A DNA stretch of 64,000 nucleotides from Solobacterium sp. (GTDB lineage Bacteria; Bacillota_I; Bacilli_A; Erysipelotrichales; Erysipelotrichaceae). The stretch is from positions 89,991-153,990 of the forward strand of contig JAFUFO010000036.1 of NCBI GenBank assembly GCA_017469885.1. The letters are read 5' to 3'. The stretch's first letter is position 1. Each line of letters opens with the position of its first letter. Shown piece by piece: positions 27,777 to 37,532 of the stretch. The translations under genes and the position numbers were made by a program. The notes below the pieces were generated by a model. It was not told the origin of the DNA, ran no database searches, and saw only the letters and a list, made by a program, of their open reading frames with translations.

Positions 27777-28610
27777 TTACTGCCTGTGAAGGCGGCTGAT
27801 CAGATACGGGATAGCCTGTTCAAAGTTGACGCCGTAATCATTGTGTCCCTCTTCCTGAAGAGTCAGGCGGATGCTTTCCTTCACAAAGTCACAGGCTACC
27901 GCAATCGCCTCCTCAAAGGACTGTCCGTTTACAAGCGCCCCGCACAGCGTGCTTGCCCAGAGATCCCCGGTGCCATGGAAATGCTGGGACTCCTCATCGG
28001 TAAAGTAGCTGACATACCGGTCTTCCTTTGAATCATAGGCATAGGCGCCAAGGTGTACGCCATCGAAGGTGATGCCGGTAAGCACGGCCTTCCGTGCCCC
28101 GAGTGCGGCAAGCTGTTTCAGCACATCTTTCACGTAATCCTCATCGTATTCCGTCACATACGGGATATCGAGCAGGAAGGATGCCTCGGTCATGTTCGGG
28201 CAGATGATATCTGCCTTTGCACAGAGCTTTGCCATTGCACGGGCAAATTCAATCGTAAATCCGGCATACAGTTTTCCGTTGTCTGCCATGCATGGATCGA
28301 CGATTTTCAGCGAGTCCCTGCCGAATTCCTCAAACAGTTTTGCGGCACAGTCCAGCTGTTCAAACGATCCGAGATATCCGGTATAGACTGCGTCAAAACG
28401 GAACCCTTCCTTTTTCCAGTGTTCCATGATCGGAAGAATCTCCCCCGTCAGATCATGAAAGGTAAATCCCTGAAACATGGTATGGGTAGACAGTACCGCA
28501 GTCGGTATTACCGCCGTTTCAATTCCCATCGCTGAGATTACCGGCAGCGCCACGGTCAGGGAGCACTTTCCGACACAGGAGATATCCTGCATGGTCACGA
28601 CTTTTTTCAT
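27777..28610 (-). CDS. pdxK: Pyridoxal/pyridoxamine kinase
   Basis: QDISCVGKCS, LSTHT, YTGYLGS, DPCMAD, GTGDLWAS. Confidence 0.9.
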   Translation of the reverse strand: MKKVVTMQDISCVGKCSLTVALPVISAMGIETAVIPTAVLSTHTMFQGFTFHDLTGEILPIMEHWKKEGFRFDAVYTGYLGSFEQLDCAAKLFEEFGRDSLKIVDPCMADNGKLYAGFTIEFARAMAKLCAKADIICPNMTEASFLLDIPYVTEYDEDYVKDVLKQLAALGARKAVLTGITFDGVHLGAYAYDSKEDRYVSYFTDEESQHFHGTGDLWASTLCGALVNGQSFEEAIAVACDFVKESIRLTLQEEGHNDYGVNFEQAIPYLISRLHRQ

Positions 28611-28709
28611 AAAACTAACCTTCTTTCAATGAAATCAGTCTACGCTTCCTTCTGGTATTAGGATAGTTCCAATTTTGGTATTTCTTTTAAGACCAGATCG
28701 GGCCTGCGG

Positions 28710-30206
28710 TTATTGCGGAACCTTCATGGTAACCGAGGTGAACGCTGCTTCTCCGGCGGACGAAAACAGACCGATATGAGCCCCGTCAATGGAATGGCGG
28801 ATTCTGGAACTGAGTGCTTTTGTATCATCTACATACAGAACGACTATCTCATTTTCAAACACCAGCTTGATATGATGGGTATCCGTTTTTGAAAAATCAA
28901 ACTTTGTATATGCCTGTGCATCATACTTCGACAGTTCTTCGATCACGGTGCCCTCATAATGAAGCAGACCGTTTGCGGCATCTAGACACAGAGCAGTCCA
29001 TGTTCCGTCCGTGTAATCACCGCCGAACGCAAATCCGGCACATCCATCCGGATCCAGAGTTACGTCACATTCCAGAATCCCGGTTGCGGGCCGTGTGCCA
29101 AGGTCAGCCAGCGCATAGGTTTCGTCCTGCGCGGTCAGGACTGCACTGTTATCTTTTACAGAAACCGTTCCGTTCTTTCTGACCATACGGACCGTTTTAT
29201 CGACAGTGAAATACTCTTTATATGTTTCAGGTGCTTTCACGCCCAGAATCCCGGGCTCCTTTTCAATCAGCTGGTGGTTCATCACATTTCCGGCCCACTG
29301 ATATAAGCCGGAATCTTCGGTAAGTGCGGCGCGGCCGATCCATCCGCATAAGAGCGTTTCCTCTTTGAATTCGGCAGTTTTTGCGGCATAGAAAATAAAT
29401 CCGTTACCATCCAGCACATTATCCATTGGCGCATGAAACGGTCCGTTCTCGCTCTCTCCGGCCGCATAATAGGTCACGCAGTCCCAGCTGTAGGTAAGAT
29501 ACCAGTTATCTCCAATCTGAAAGAGATCCGGACATTCCAGCATATACTGCTCGTGCGGCGCAAAGAACGGTCCCTGAAATTCCCAGTTTTTCAGATCCGA
29601 AGACGTATATTTTGCGACAACGCCTCCGTCCCTGTCGGAGCGTGCTGCGATAAGCATCCAGTAACATTCTTCCGATGGCATCCAGAAGACTTCCGGATCA
29701 CGGAAATCATCTTTTGAGTATCCTTCCGGGCTGAAGAAGGTATCTTCCGGAATCTTTTCCCAGTTTTTGCGGTCAGTGCTTACCGCATGCATGACGCATT
29801 CCCTTCCCTTACCGCTGTTTCCGGCATCGTTATGTCCGGTGTAGAAGAGATGATAAAGCCCATCCTGGTCTTTCATTACAGAACCTGTTCCGATTGCCGG
29901 ATCAGGTTCCGACATCAGTCCGTAGTTCAGTACCATGCCATGATCCTCATAGGAGTGAAGATCTTCCGTGGAATACTTCCAGATCGGATGATACCCCTGT
30001 CCGTTATGATCGGTGTCGTACAGGTAATAAAGTTCCAGTTTTCCTTCATCCGATACATACGGCATCACATCCCCGACATAGGCATTTTCCGGTGCGGGAT
30101 AAAGATTATAGTTCACTGCCTCGTAAGGTTCTTCCGGAAGTGTCTGTTGTTTACATCCGGTAAGCATGCATAATCCTGTTGTCAAAACAATAATCTGCTT
30201 TTTCAT
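28710..30206 (-). CDS. GH32 glycoside hydrolase lipoprotein (levanase/fructanase-like)
   Basis: Lipobox LTGC; YVGDVMP (nucleophile region), FRDP, ECPD motifs. Confidence 0.85.
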   Translation of the reverse strand: MKKQIIVLTTGLCMLTGCKQQTLPEEPYEAVNYNLYPAPENAYVGDVMPYVSDEGKLELYYLYDTDHNGQGYHPIWKYSTEDLHSYEDHGMVLNYGLMSEPDPAIGTGSVMKDQDGLYHLFYTGHNDAGNSGKGRECVMHAVSTDRKNWEKIPEDTFFSPEGYSKDDFRDPEVFWMPSEECYWMLIAARSDRDGGVVAKYTSSDLKNWEFQGPFFAPHEQYMLECPDLFQIGDNWYLTYSWDCVTYYAAGESENGPFHAPMDNVLDGNGFIFYAAKTAEFKEETLLCGWIGRAALTEDSGLYQWAGNVMNHQLIEKEPGILGVKAPETYKEYFTVDKTVRMVRKNGTVSVKDNSAVLTAQDETYALADLGTRPATGILECDVTLDPDGCAGFAFGGDYTDGTWTALCLDAANGLLHYEGTVIEELSKYDAQAYTKFDFSKTDTHHIKLVFENEIVVLYVDDTKALSSRIRHSIDGAHIGLFSSAGEAAFTSVTMKVPQ

Positions 30207-30361
30207 ACCAGTTTCCTCTCCGCTCACGTTATCAATGATCCGCAGCAATACACTCTGATACGTTCACAGTAACAGCCGTAATAGACAGCGTCAATCCAAA
30301 AAGTGTGCATTTGCACTATATTTTGGCAGATTATCCAAAATTTTGTGTGTGTTTGCACAAT

Positions 30362-30392
30362 AAAATCCCCATTCCGGTTAAGGAACGGGGAT
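30362..30392 (-). terminator. Terminator after etfA
   Basis: AATCCCC...GGGGATT stem, followed by TTT on the minus strand. Confidence 0.6.
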
Positions 30393-30418
30393 TGTGATTC
30401 GTACTGAGGAAGTGCTGA

Positions 30419-31468
30419 TCAGGCTTTCTTTGCCTTCTCTGCCTTTACCTTTTCGGTGAGCAGCGGAACGATCTTGTTCAGATCACCGACGATACCATAG
30501 TCTGCGACATCGAAGATCGGCGCATTCTCATCCTTGTTGATTGCGATGATGAAGTCGGATTCTTCCATGCCTGCGACATGCTGGATCGCACCGGAGATAC
30601 CGATTGCGAAGTAGACCTTCGGGCGTACGGTCTTACCGGTCTGACCGACCTGCATTTCCTTCGGCATCCAGCCGTTGTCAACGACTGCACGCGAGCAGGA
30701 TACGGTTCCGCCGAGTGCTTCCGCGAGATCTTCAAGAAGCTTGAAGTTTTCCTTGGAGCCGACACCGCGTCCGCCGGAAACCAGGATCTTTGCGTCTGCG
30801 ATATCCGCAACGCTGCTGACTTCCTTGACGATCTTGAGGATCTCAACATAGCAGTTGTTCTCTTCAAAGCCAGGGTTGTAGTTTACGACTTCTGCCTTTG
30901 CGTCCTTGATCGGATCGATCTTCTGCATGACACCCGGACGAACGGTTGCCATCTGCGGACGGCTGTCCGGGCAGGCAATGGTCGCAATGGTGTTTCCGCC
31001 GAATGCCGGACGTGTCATAAGCAGCTGCTTGTGCTTCTGTTCCTGACCCGGAACCGGTGTAAGCGGGAAATCGCCGATCTCAAGCTTTGTGCAGTCTGCG
31101 GTAAGACCGGTCTTTACACGTGCACTGGTACGGGGACCAAGATCACGGCCGATGGCGGTAGCGCCTACCAGCATGATCTCCGGCTTGAATTCGTTGATCA
31201 CGGATGCAAGCGCATGGGTGTACGGTTCGGTGCGGTAATCCTTGAGTGCCGGATCATCGACAACGATGACACGGTCTGCGCCGTACGCAGCGAGCTCATC
31301 CGCAAGTCCGCCTACCTCAGAGCCGAGCAGAACTGCGGTAACCTTCTTCTCATCAAGATCAGCCGCAAGTTCGCGTGCTTTTCCAAGCAGTTCAAATGCA
31401 ATGTTCGACAGTTTGTTGTCGACCTGCTGTGCGTAAATAAATACGCCCTTGTAATCTTCTAAACTCAT
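30419..31468 (-). CDS. etfA: Electron transfer flavoprotein alpha
   Basis: TGLTADCT, TRPAFGG, GQTGKTV, GISGAIQH. Confidence 0.95.
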   Translation of the reverse strand: MSLEDYKGVFIYAQQVDNKLSNIAFELLGKARELAADLDEKKVTAVLLGSEVGGLADELAAYGADRVIVVDDPALKDYRTEPYTHALASVINEFKPEIMLVGATAIGRDLGPRTSARVKTGLTADCTKLEIGDFPLTPVPGQEQKHKQLLMTRPAFGGNTIATIACPDSRPQMATVRPGVMQKIDPIKDAKAEVVNYNPGFEENNCYVEILKIVKEVSSVADIADAKILVSGGRGVGSKENFKLLEDLAEALGGTVSCSRAVVDNGWMPKEMQVGQTGKTVRPKVYFAIGISGAIQHVAGMEESDFIIAINKDENAPIFDVADYGIVGDLNKIVPLLTEKVKAEKAKKA

Positions 31469-31481
31469 CGTGCTGACCTCC

Positions 31482-32270
31482 TTAGATGATGTTCTTCTCC
31501 GCCAGTGCAGCCGCAATTGCGTCCGCTGCTTCCTGCGGGGAATCCGGTGTTACTACTGTTCCCTTGCCCTTGGCAACCTTGTCGCTTGCCTTGGCAATTT
31601 TGGTCGGGGAACCCTTCAGACCGATATTGGAATCATCGACATCCAGTTTGTCACGGCCCCAGACGGTGATTTCCTTTGCGAATGCATCGAAGATTCCGCC
31701 CGGTGTCATGTAACGCGGATCGTTGAGTTCCGCAAGCGCGGTAATGAGGCACGGCATCTTTGTCTTGACCATCATGTATCCGTCGTCAAACTGACGCTTG
31801 ACGATCACGCTGTCGCCTTCCACCTGGATCTCTCTTGCATAGGAGATGACCGGGAGTCCGAGGTGTTCCGCAATCTGCGGTCCGACCTGTGCGGTATCAC
31901 CGTCGATTGCCTGACGGCCGGTGATGATGAGGTCGTATTCCATGTTCTTGAGCGCACCGGCGATGGTGGAGGATGTTGCCCAGGTATCGGCACCGCCCAG
32001 TACTCGGTCGGTAATCAGAAGACCGTCATCAGCGCCCATGGCCATTGCCTCACGAAGAACCGCATCCGCCTTGGGAAGACCCATGGTAAGCGCGGTAACG
32101 GTTACGTTTTCCGGATCAGCATCCTTGATGCGGAGCGCCGCCTCAAGACCTGCCTTGTCATCCGGATTCATGATTGCCAGCATTGCGGCACGGTCGAGTG
32201 TTCCGTCCGGATTGAATTTAACGCCGCCTGCAGTATCCGGAACCTGCTTAATGCATACTACAATTTTCAT
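31482..32270 (-). CDS. etfB: Electron transfer flavoprotein beta
   Basis: CIKQVPD, GRQAIDGDTAQVGP. Confidence 0.95.
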   Translation of the reverse strand: MKIVVCIKQVPDTAGGVKFNPDGTLDRAAMLAIMNPDDKAGLEAALRIKDADPENVTVTALTMGLPKADAVLREAMAMGADDGLLITDRVLGGADTWATSSTIAGALKNMEYDLIITGRQAIDGDTAQVGPQIAEHLGLPVISYAREIQVEGDSVIVKRQFDDGYMMVKTKMPCLITALAELNDPRYMTPGGIFDAFAKEITVWGRDKLDVDDSNIGLKGSPTKIAKASDKVAKGKGTVVTPDSPQEAADAIAAALAEKNII

Positions 32271-32289
32271 TGTCTCAGCCTTTCCTTTC

Positions 32290-33450
32290 TTACTTCAGGA
32301 GCGCGCCGGAGATAACCATGCGCTGAACCTCGGAAGTACCTTCGTAGATCTCAGTGATCTTCGCATCACGCATCATGCGTTCCACTTCATACTCACGGAT
32401 ATAGCCGTAGCCGCCCATGAGCTGGACGCACTTTGTGGTGACATCCATTGCGGTTTCTGCCGCAAACAGCTTCGCCTGTGCTGCTTCCACAGAGTAGGAC
32501 TTCTGTGTGCGCTTTGCCTCCGCTGCCTTATAGACAAGAAGACGTGCCGCTTCGATCTGGGTAGCCATGTTGGCAAGCTGGAACTGGGTATTCTGGAACT
32601 GTGCGATGGAACGGCCGAACTGCTTGCGTTCCTTGACATAGGCAACGGTGCGGTCGAGTGCGCCTTCCGCAAGACCGAGTGCCTGTGCAGCGATACCGAT
32701 ACGGCCGCCGTCGAGGGTGTGCATCGCATTTGCGAAACCCTTGCCGCGGACACCGAGCAGGTTGTCCTTCGGAATACGGCAGTCCTGGAAAATGAGTTCA
32801 TAGGTTGCGGAACCGCGTATACCCATCTTCTTTTCCTTGACACCGAAGGTGAATCCCGGTGTTCCCTTTTCCACGATGAATGTGGAGAAGCGCTTCTGCT
32901 TGCGGCCGCGCTTGTCTTCAACGATATCGGTGTAAGCGATGATGATGTAGATATCTGCTTCCTTACCATTGGTGATGAAGCACTTGGAGCCGTTGAGCAC
33001 CCATTCCTGTGTTTCTTCATCAAATACCGCTTTGGTCTGTGCGCCCTGCGCATCCGTACCGGCACCCGGTTCGGTCAGCGCGAAGGCACCGAGCTTCTCA
33101 CCCTTTGCGAGCGGCACAAGATACTTCTGTTTCTGTTCTTCGGTACCGTAGGTCATGATCGGATCGATGCAGAGCGAGGTATGCGCACTGACGATAACGC
33201 TGGTTGTGCCGCAGACCTTTGCGAGCTCCTCGACACACATGATATATGTGAGCGGGTCGCATCCCTGTCCGCCGTACTCCTTCGGTACGGGAATTCCCAT
33301 GAAACCGTACTTCTGCATTTTTGTGACGGTCTCACGCGGGAATTTTTCTGTTTCATCCACTTCGATTGCGAGCGGCTTGACTTCGTTTTCGGCAAACTGC
33401 CGGAACAGGTCACGCGCCATCTCATGCTGTTTGTCCAGCTGGAAATCCAT
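32290..33450 (-). CDS. bcd: Butyryl-CoA dehydrogenase
   Basis: [37 protein letters not shown]; between hbd and etfB. Confidence 0.93.
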   Translation of the reverse strand: MDFQLDKQHEMARDLFRQFAENEVKPLAIEVDETEKFPRETVTKMQKYGFMGIPVPKEYGGQGCDPLTYIMCVEELAKVCGTTSVIVSAHTSLCIDPIMTYGTEEQKQKYLVPLAKGEKLGAFALTEPGAGTDAQGAQTKAVFDEETQEWVLNGSKCFITNGKEADIYIIIAYTDIVEDKRGRKQKRFSTFIVEKGTPGFTFGVKEKKMGIRGSATYELIFQDCRIPKDNLLGVRGKGFANAMHTLDGGRIGIAAQALGLAEGALDRTVAYVKERKQFGRSIAQFQNTQFQLANMATQIEAARLLVYKAAEAKRTQKSYSVEAAQAKLFAAETAMDVTTKCVQLMGGYGYIREYEVERMMRDAKITEIYEGTSEVQRMVISGALLK

Positions 33451-33523
33451 AATCTTCTGTTCCTCCGTTTTATTTTGTTAGAAGAGTAACGCCGGACGAA
33501 AAGAATCGTCCGGCATTCCTGAA

Positions 33524-34399
33524 TTATTTTTTGTCTGTCGCAACTTTTCCGCCGTTGCTGTAATCATAGAAACCGATTCCGGTCTTGATGCCGAGGCGTT
33601 TGCCGCGAACCATCTTGCGGAGCAGCGTGCATGCACGGTACTTGCTGTCGCCGGTTTCCTTGTAAATGACATCCATGATCGCAAGAACGATATCGAGACC
33701 GATATAGTCACCGAGTTCCAGCGGTCCCATCGGATGGTTGCAGCCAAGCTTCATTGCCGTATCGATACCTTCGATATCGGAGATGCCTTCGCTGTAAACC
33801 TGGATACCTTCATTGATCATCGGGACAAGGATACGGTTGACGACGAAGCCCGGAGCCTCTTCAACCTGTACCGGAGTCTTGCCGAGCATGACGGAGATTT
33901 CCTTGACCTTCTCGACCGTCTCAGCCGGTGTATTGAGACCTGCGATGACCTCAACGAGCTTCATGACAGGAGCCGGATTGAAGAAATGCATACCGACAAC
34001 CGGCTTTGCAAGACCGGCGCCGATTTCCGTAATGGAAAGGCTGGATGTATTGGACGCATAAATGCAGTTCTCGTTCTTGACGATCTCTTCCTGGAGCTGC
34101 TTGAAGCAGTCCTTCTTCAGCTGCATTACTTCGAGCGCTGCCTCGACCACGAGATCCGGGTCGACTGCCTGATCGTTCAGACCGCACTGAATCTTCGCAA
34201 GAATCTTGTCTGCGTCTTCCTGGGCCATCTTACCCTTGGCAATACGCTTGTCAAAGCCCTTCTTGACCATGGCTTTGCCGTTATCCGCAAATTCCTGCTT
34301 GATGTCACAGAGGTAGACTTTCTCTACCTGATCACACTGCGCAAATGCCTGCGCAATGCCGCGGCCCATTGTGCCCGCGCCGATTACTGCTACTTTCAT
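33524..34399 (-). CDS. hbd: 3-hydroxybutyryl-CoA dehydrogenase
   Basis: GAGTMG, SNTSSL, GMHFFNP, GFVVNRIL. Confidence 0.95.
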   Translation of the reverse strand: MKVAVIGAGTMGRGIAQAFAQCDQVEKVYLCDIKQEFADNGKAMVKKGFDKRIAKGKMAQEDADKILAKIQCGLNDQAVDPDLVVEAALEVMQLKKDCFKQLQEEIVKNENCIYASNTSSLSITEIGAGLAKPVVGMHFFNPAPVMKLVEVIAGLNTPAETVEKVKEISVMLGKTPVQVEEAPGFVVNRILVPMINEGIQVYSEGISDIEGIDTAMKLGCNHPMGPLELGDYIGLDIVLAIMDVIYKETGDSKYRACTLLRKMVRGKRLGIKTGIGFYDYSNGGKVATDKK

Positions 34400-34416
34400 T
34401 TCCTATCTCCTTCTCC

Positions 34417-35193
34417 TCAGTTATTTGTGAAGTTCTTTTCCTTGCGCTTTTCCATGAACGCGGTCATTCCTTCGACCTGATCATGGGTTTCAAAGCATTC
34501 GCCGAACAGTTTCTCTTCCAGTTCGATTGCCTTGTCCATATCAAGTTCCAGACCCTCGTTGATGGCCTTCTTGCACTGACGGACTGCGATCGGCGCATTC
34601 TTTGCGATGCCGGCAGCCATCTTCTCTGCGGTTGCCATCAGTTCTGCCTGCGGAACGACCTGATTGACGAGACCGATACGAAGTGCTTCATCCGCCTTGA
34701 TGTTGCGGGCGGTGTAGATCATCTGCTTGGCGTAGCCCGGACCGATCAGACGCGCCAGACGCTGTGTGCCGCCGAAGCCCGGTGTAATGCCGAGTCCGAC
34801 TTCCGGCTGACCGAATACTGCATTATCGGAACAGATCCGGAAATCACAGCTCATGGAGAGCTCGCATCCGCCGCCCAGCGCAAAGCCGTTGACAGCCGCA
34901 ATTACCGGGATCGGAAGTGTTTCGATACGGCGGAAGATATCATTGCCCTTCTTGCCGAAGGCACTGCCTTCTGCCTTGGAAAGACCAGCCATCTCCTTGA
35001 TGTCCGCACCTGCGACAAAGCTCTTTTCGCCAGCGCCGGTGATGATCAGGCAGCGTACCGTCTCAAGATTCACTTCGTCCAGTGCTTTGGTAAGATCATC
35101 CAGCACATTGGAATCCAGCGCATTGAGCGCTTCCGGACGGTTCATGGTAATGATGCCGTAGGCACCTTTATTCTCATATGTCACAAAACTCAT
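34417..35193 (-). CDS. crt: Crotonase (3-hydroxybutyryl-CoA dehydratase)
   Basis: FVAGADI, GFALGGGCEL, QPEVGLGITPGFGGTQRL. Confidence 0.95.
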   Translation of the reverse strand: MSFVTYENKGAYGIITMNRPEALNALDSNVLDDLTKALDEVNLETVRCLIITGAGEKSFVAGADIKEMAGLSKAEGSAFGKKGNDIFRRIETLPIPVIAAVNGFALGGGCELSMSCDFRICSDNAVFGQPEVGLGITPGFGGTQRLARLIGPGYAKQMIYTARNIKADEALRIGLVNQVVPQAELMATAEKMAAGIAKNAPIAVRQCKKAINEGLELDMDKAIELEEKLFGECFETHDQVEGMTAFMEKRKEKNFTNN

Positions 35194-35204
35194 GATTCTT
35201 CTCC

Positions 35205-36392
35205 TCAGTCACGTTCGACAATCGTTACACAGCCCATGCCGCCGCCGATGCACAGTGTCGCAAGACCCTTCTTGGCATCCCGCTTGACCATCTCGTTCAG
35301 CAGAGTGACAAGAATACGGCATCCGGAAGCTCCGACCGGGTGGCCGAGTGCGATCGCACCGCCGTTGACATTCAGCTTGGAATGATCCCACTTGAGTTCC
35401 TTTTCAACCGCAACAGACTGTGCTGCGAACGCTTCGTTTGCCTCGATGAGATCGAAATCATCAACAGACATACCGGTCTTTGCGAGAACCTTCTTTGTGG
35501 CCGCAACCGGACCGACACCCATGATACTCGGATCAACGCCGCCCAGTGCACCGGCAACGAAGGAAGCCATCGGTGTAATGCCGAGTTCCTTTGCCTTTTC
35601 TTCACTCATGACGACAACTGCCGCAGCACCGTCATTGATACCGGACGCATTACCGGCAGTGACAACACCGCCTTCTTTCTTTCCGGAACAGCACTTCAGT
35701 TTCGCAAGTGTTTCCGCGGTGGTACCCGGACGAGGTCCTTCATCAGTATCCACAACCGTATCACCCTTGCGGCCATGAATGGTAACCGGAACGATTTCAT
35801 CCTTGAACTTGCCTTCCGCCATTGCCTTTTCGCACTTCTGCTGGCTCTCTGCCGCAAAGGCATCGAGTTCCTCACGTGTGAGATGCCACTGTTCTGCGAC
35901 ATTCTCTGCGGTAATCATCATGTGGTAGTTGTTGAATGCATCCCAGAGGGCGTCCTTGATCATCAGGTCAACGAGCTTTCCGTCATTCATTCTGTAACCG
36001 TAACGGCCGTTCATGATCGCATACGGCCCCTGGCTCATGTTTTCCATACCGCCGGCGACAACGATATCCGCATCGCCTGCCTGGATCATCTGCGCAGCCA
36101 TGTTCACGCAGTTGAGACCGCTTCCGCATACAACGTTGATTGTGACTGCCGGAACTTCAACCGGAAGTCCCGCCTTGATGGATGCCTGACGTGCCGGGTT
36201 CTGTCCAAGACCAGCCTGAATGACATTGCCCATGTAAACGTGATCAACCTGTTCCGGTTTGACGCCTGCCCGGTTCAGAGCTTCCCTGATAACCAGAGCT
36301 CCAAGTTCTGTAGCCGGGACTGTGCTCAGCGCACCACCCATCTTACCGATTGGCGTGCGGCAGGCACCTGCTAAAACTACCTTCTTTGCCAT
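35205..36392 (-). CDS. thl: Acetyl-CoA C-acetyltransferase (thiolase), copy 2
   Basis: [28 protein letters not shown]. Confidence 0.95.
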   Translation of the reverse strand: MAKKVVLAGACRTPIGKMGGALSTVPATELGALVIREALNRAGVKPEQVDHVYMGNVIQAGLGQNPARQASIKAGLPVEVPAVTINVVCGSGLNCVNMAAQMIQAGDADIVVAGGMENMSQGPYAIMNGRYGYRMNDGKLVDLMIKDALWDAFNNYHMMITAENVAEQWHLTREELDAFAAESQQKCEKAMAEGKFKDEIVPVTIHGRKGDTVVDTDEGPRPGTTAETLAKLKCCSGKKEGGVVTAGNASGINDGAAAVVVMSEEKAKELGITPMASFVAGALGGVDPSIMGVGPVAATKKVLAKTGMSVDDFDLIEANEAFAAQSVAVEKELKWDHSKLNVNGGAIALGHPVGASGCRILVTLLNEMVKRDAKKGLATLCIGGGMGCVTIVERD

Positions 36393-36427
36393 GTAATACA
36401 TTTCCTTTCCTAATATGCTTCTGAGAC

Positions 36428-36483
36428 TTGTTAATTTTTTCTCATACTGTAATTATTCTAACAAACTGAACCGTTCTTTTCAA
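36428..36483 (-). promoter_or_regulatory. SigA promoter of the thl-crt-hbd-bcd-etfBA operon with two overlapping Rex-like sites
   Basis: TTGAAA(36483-36478)-17 nt-TAGAAT(36460-36455) with extended TG; Rex-like 18-mers at 36428-36445 and 36447-36464. Confidence 0.65.
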
Positions 36484-36533
36484 TGTAGAAAAACATCAAA
36501 AAACGGCTTGAATAGTGAGCTTCAGACCATTTT

Positions 36534-37259
36534 TCACAAGCATGCGTTCAAAGTCTTTTTCCAGCGGATCAAACGCTCCAGAAATACCTCATCCGCCTCC
36601 GGCAAAACGGTTTTCAGATGCTTCAGGATCCGCTTCCGGGATTGTTCCGGTGTGCGGACATATACCCGCGTTTCAAATTTCTTTCCGAGATACCCCTCCG
36701 GGGTCGCATATCGTGCAATGCCCCAGCCGTACGGTTCTCCGGTTTTGGATACTTCATATTCAAAATTGGACGTAATGACATAACACTCCATCTGCAGTTT
36801 TGTAATGGTGGTGTCAAAGCCGGTGCGTGGCTTCCAGTCATCCCTGCCCGCATTCCGGGGTTTCATATAGCCGCCGATAATCTTGGCATCCTTGGACAGA
36901 ATGGAATGACGGGATGCGATCAGGTCATACAGGTATTTATCCCGGTTTGTCGCAAGACCGTCCTCAAACCGGGCGTCAAAGTCATAACCGTACCGCCGGA
37001 TATTCGCAAAGTCGGGAAACCACTTATTTGAGACAAAACCGGCTTTTTTATCAAAGAACTTTCCATAGACGCAGTCCCCTTCGGATATAACCGGACCCTT
37101 CCACTCCCACGGTCCGGGAGTATCGGTAAACCACAGCCAGGCCGGCGTCATCTCCTCAACGGAGAATCCTTCGATCTCATTGGCAAAGAACGGAAGAAAG
37201 CCGTAATATTTCACTGCATCGATCAGATCACTGCGCTGATTCAGTGTAAATTCTTGCAT
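36534..37259 (-). CDS. Conserved hypothetical protein, AlkZ-related (winged-helix)
   Basis: GFLPFF, PWEWKGP, YGKFF..KAGF, ITKLQMECY, YGWG. Confidence 0.6.
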   Translation of the reverse strand: MQEFTLNQRSDLIDAVKYYGFLPFFANEIEGFSVEEMTPAWLWFTDTPGPWEWKGPVISEGDCVYGKFFDKKAGFVSNKWFPDFANIRRYGYDFDARFEDGLATNRDKYLYDLIASRHSILSKDAKIIGGYMKPRNAGRDDWKPRTGFDTTITKLQMECYVITSNFEYEVSKTGEPYGWGIARYATPEGYLGKKFETRVYVRTPEQSRKRILKHLKTVLPEADEVFLERLIRWKKTLNACL

Positions 37260-37334
37260 GGAACCACCCCTTTCACGGTTTTTTTAAAAACCGCTGGACA
37301 AATGTTGGAATTACAGATAATATTATAAAGCACT

Positions 37335-37419
37335 GCGGATGTGGTGAAACCGGTAGACACGCTGATTTCAGGGGTCAGTGGGGAGACTCGTGCAGGTTCG
37401 AATCCTGTCATCCGCACCA
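37335..37419 (+). tRNA. tRNA-Leu(CAG)
   Basis: GCGGATG...CATCCGC-ACCA; anticodon loop TT-CAG-GG; long variable arm; terminator at about 37425-37446. Confidence 0.95.
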
Positions 37420-37532
37420 TATTACAGAAGATGGCCTTTGTGCCATCTTTTGTTTTGTCCGGATTCTGAAGATTACAGCCTTAAATCGGCTGTTTTTCTT
37501 TTATAATTGTTTTAATAGGTTTTTCACATTGA

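Noticed and set aside
30222-30275. Possible CcpA cre sites upstream of GH32
   Set aside because: Both candidates miss two or more consensus positions or have the wrong spacing.
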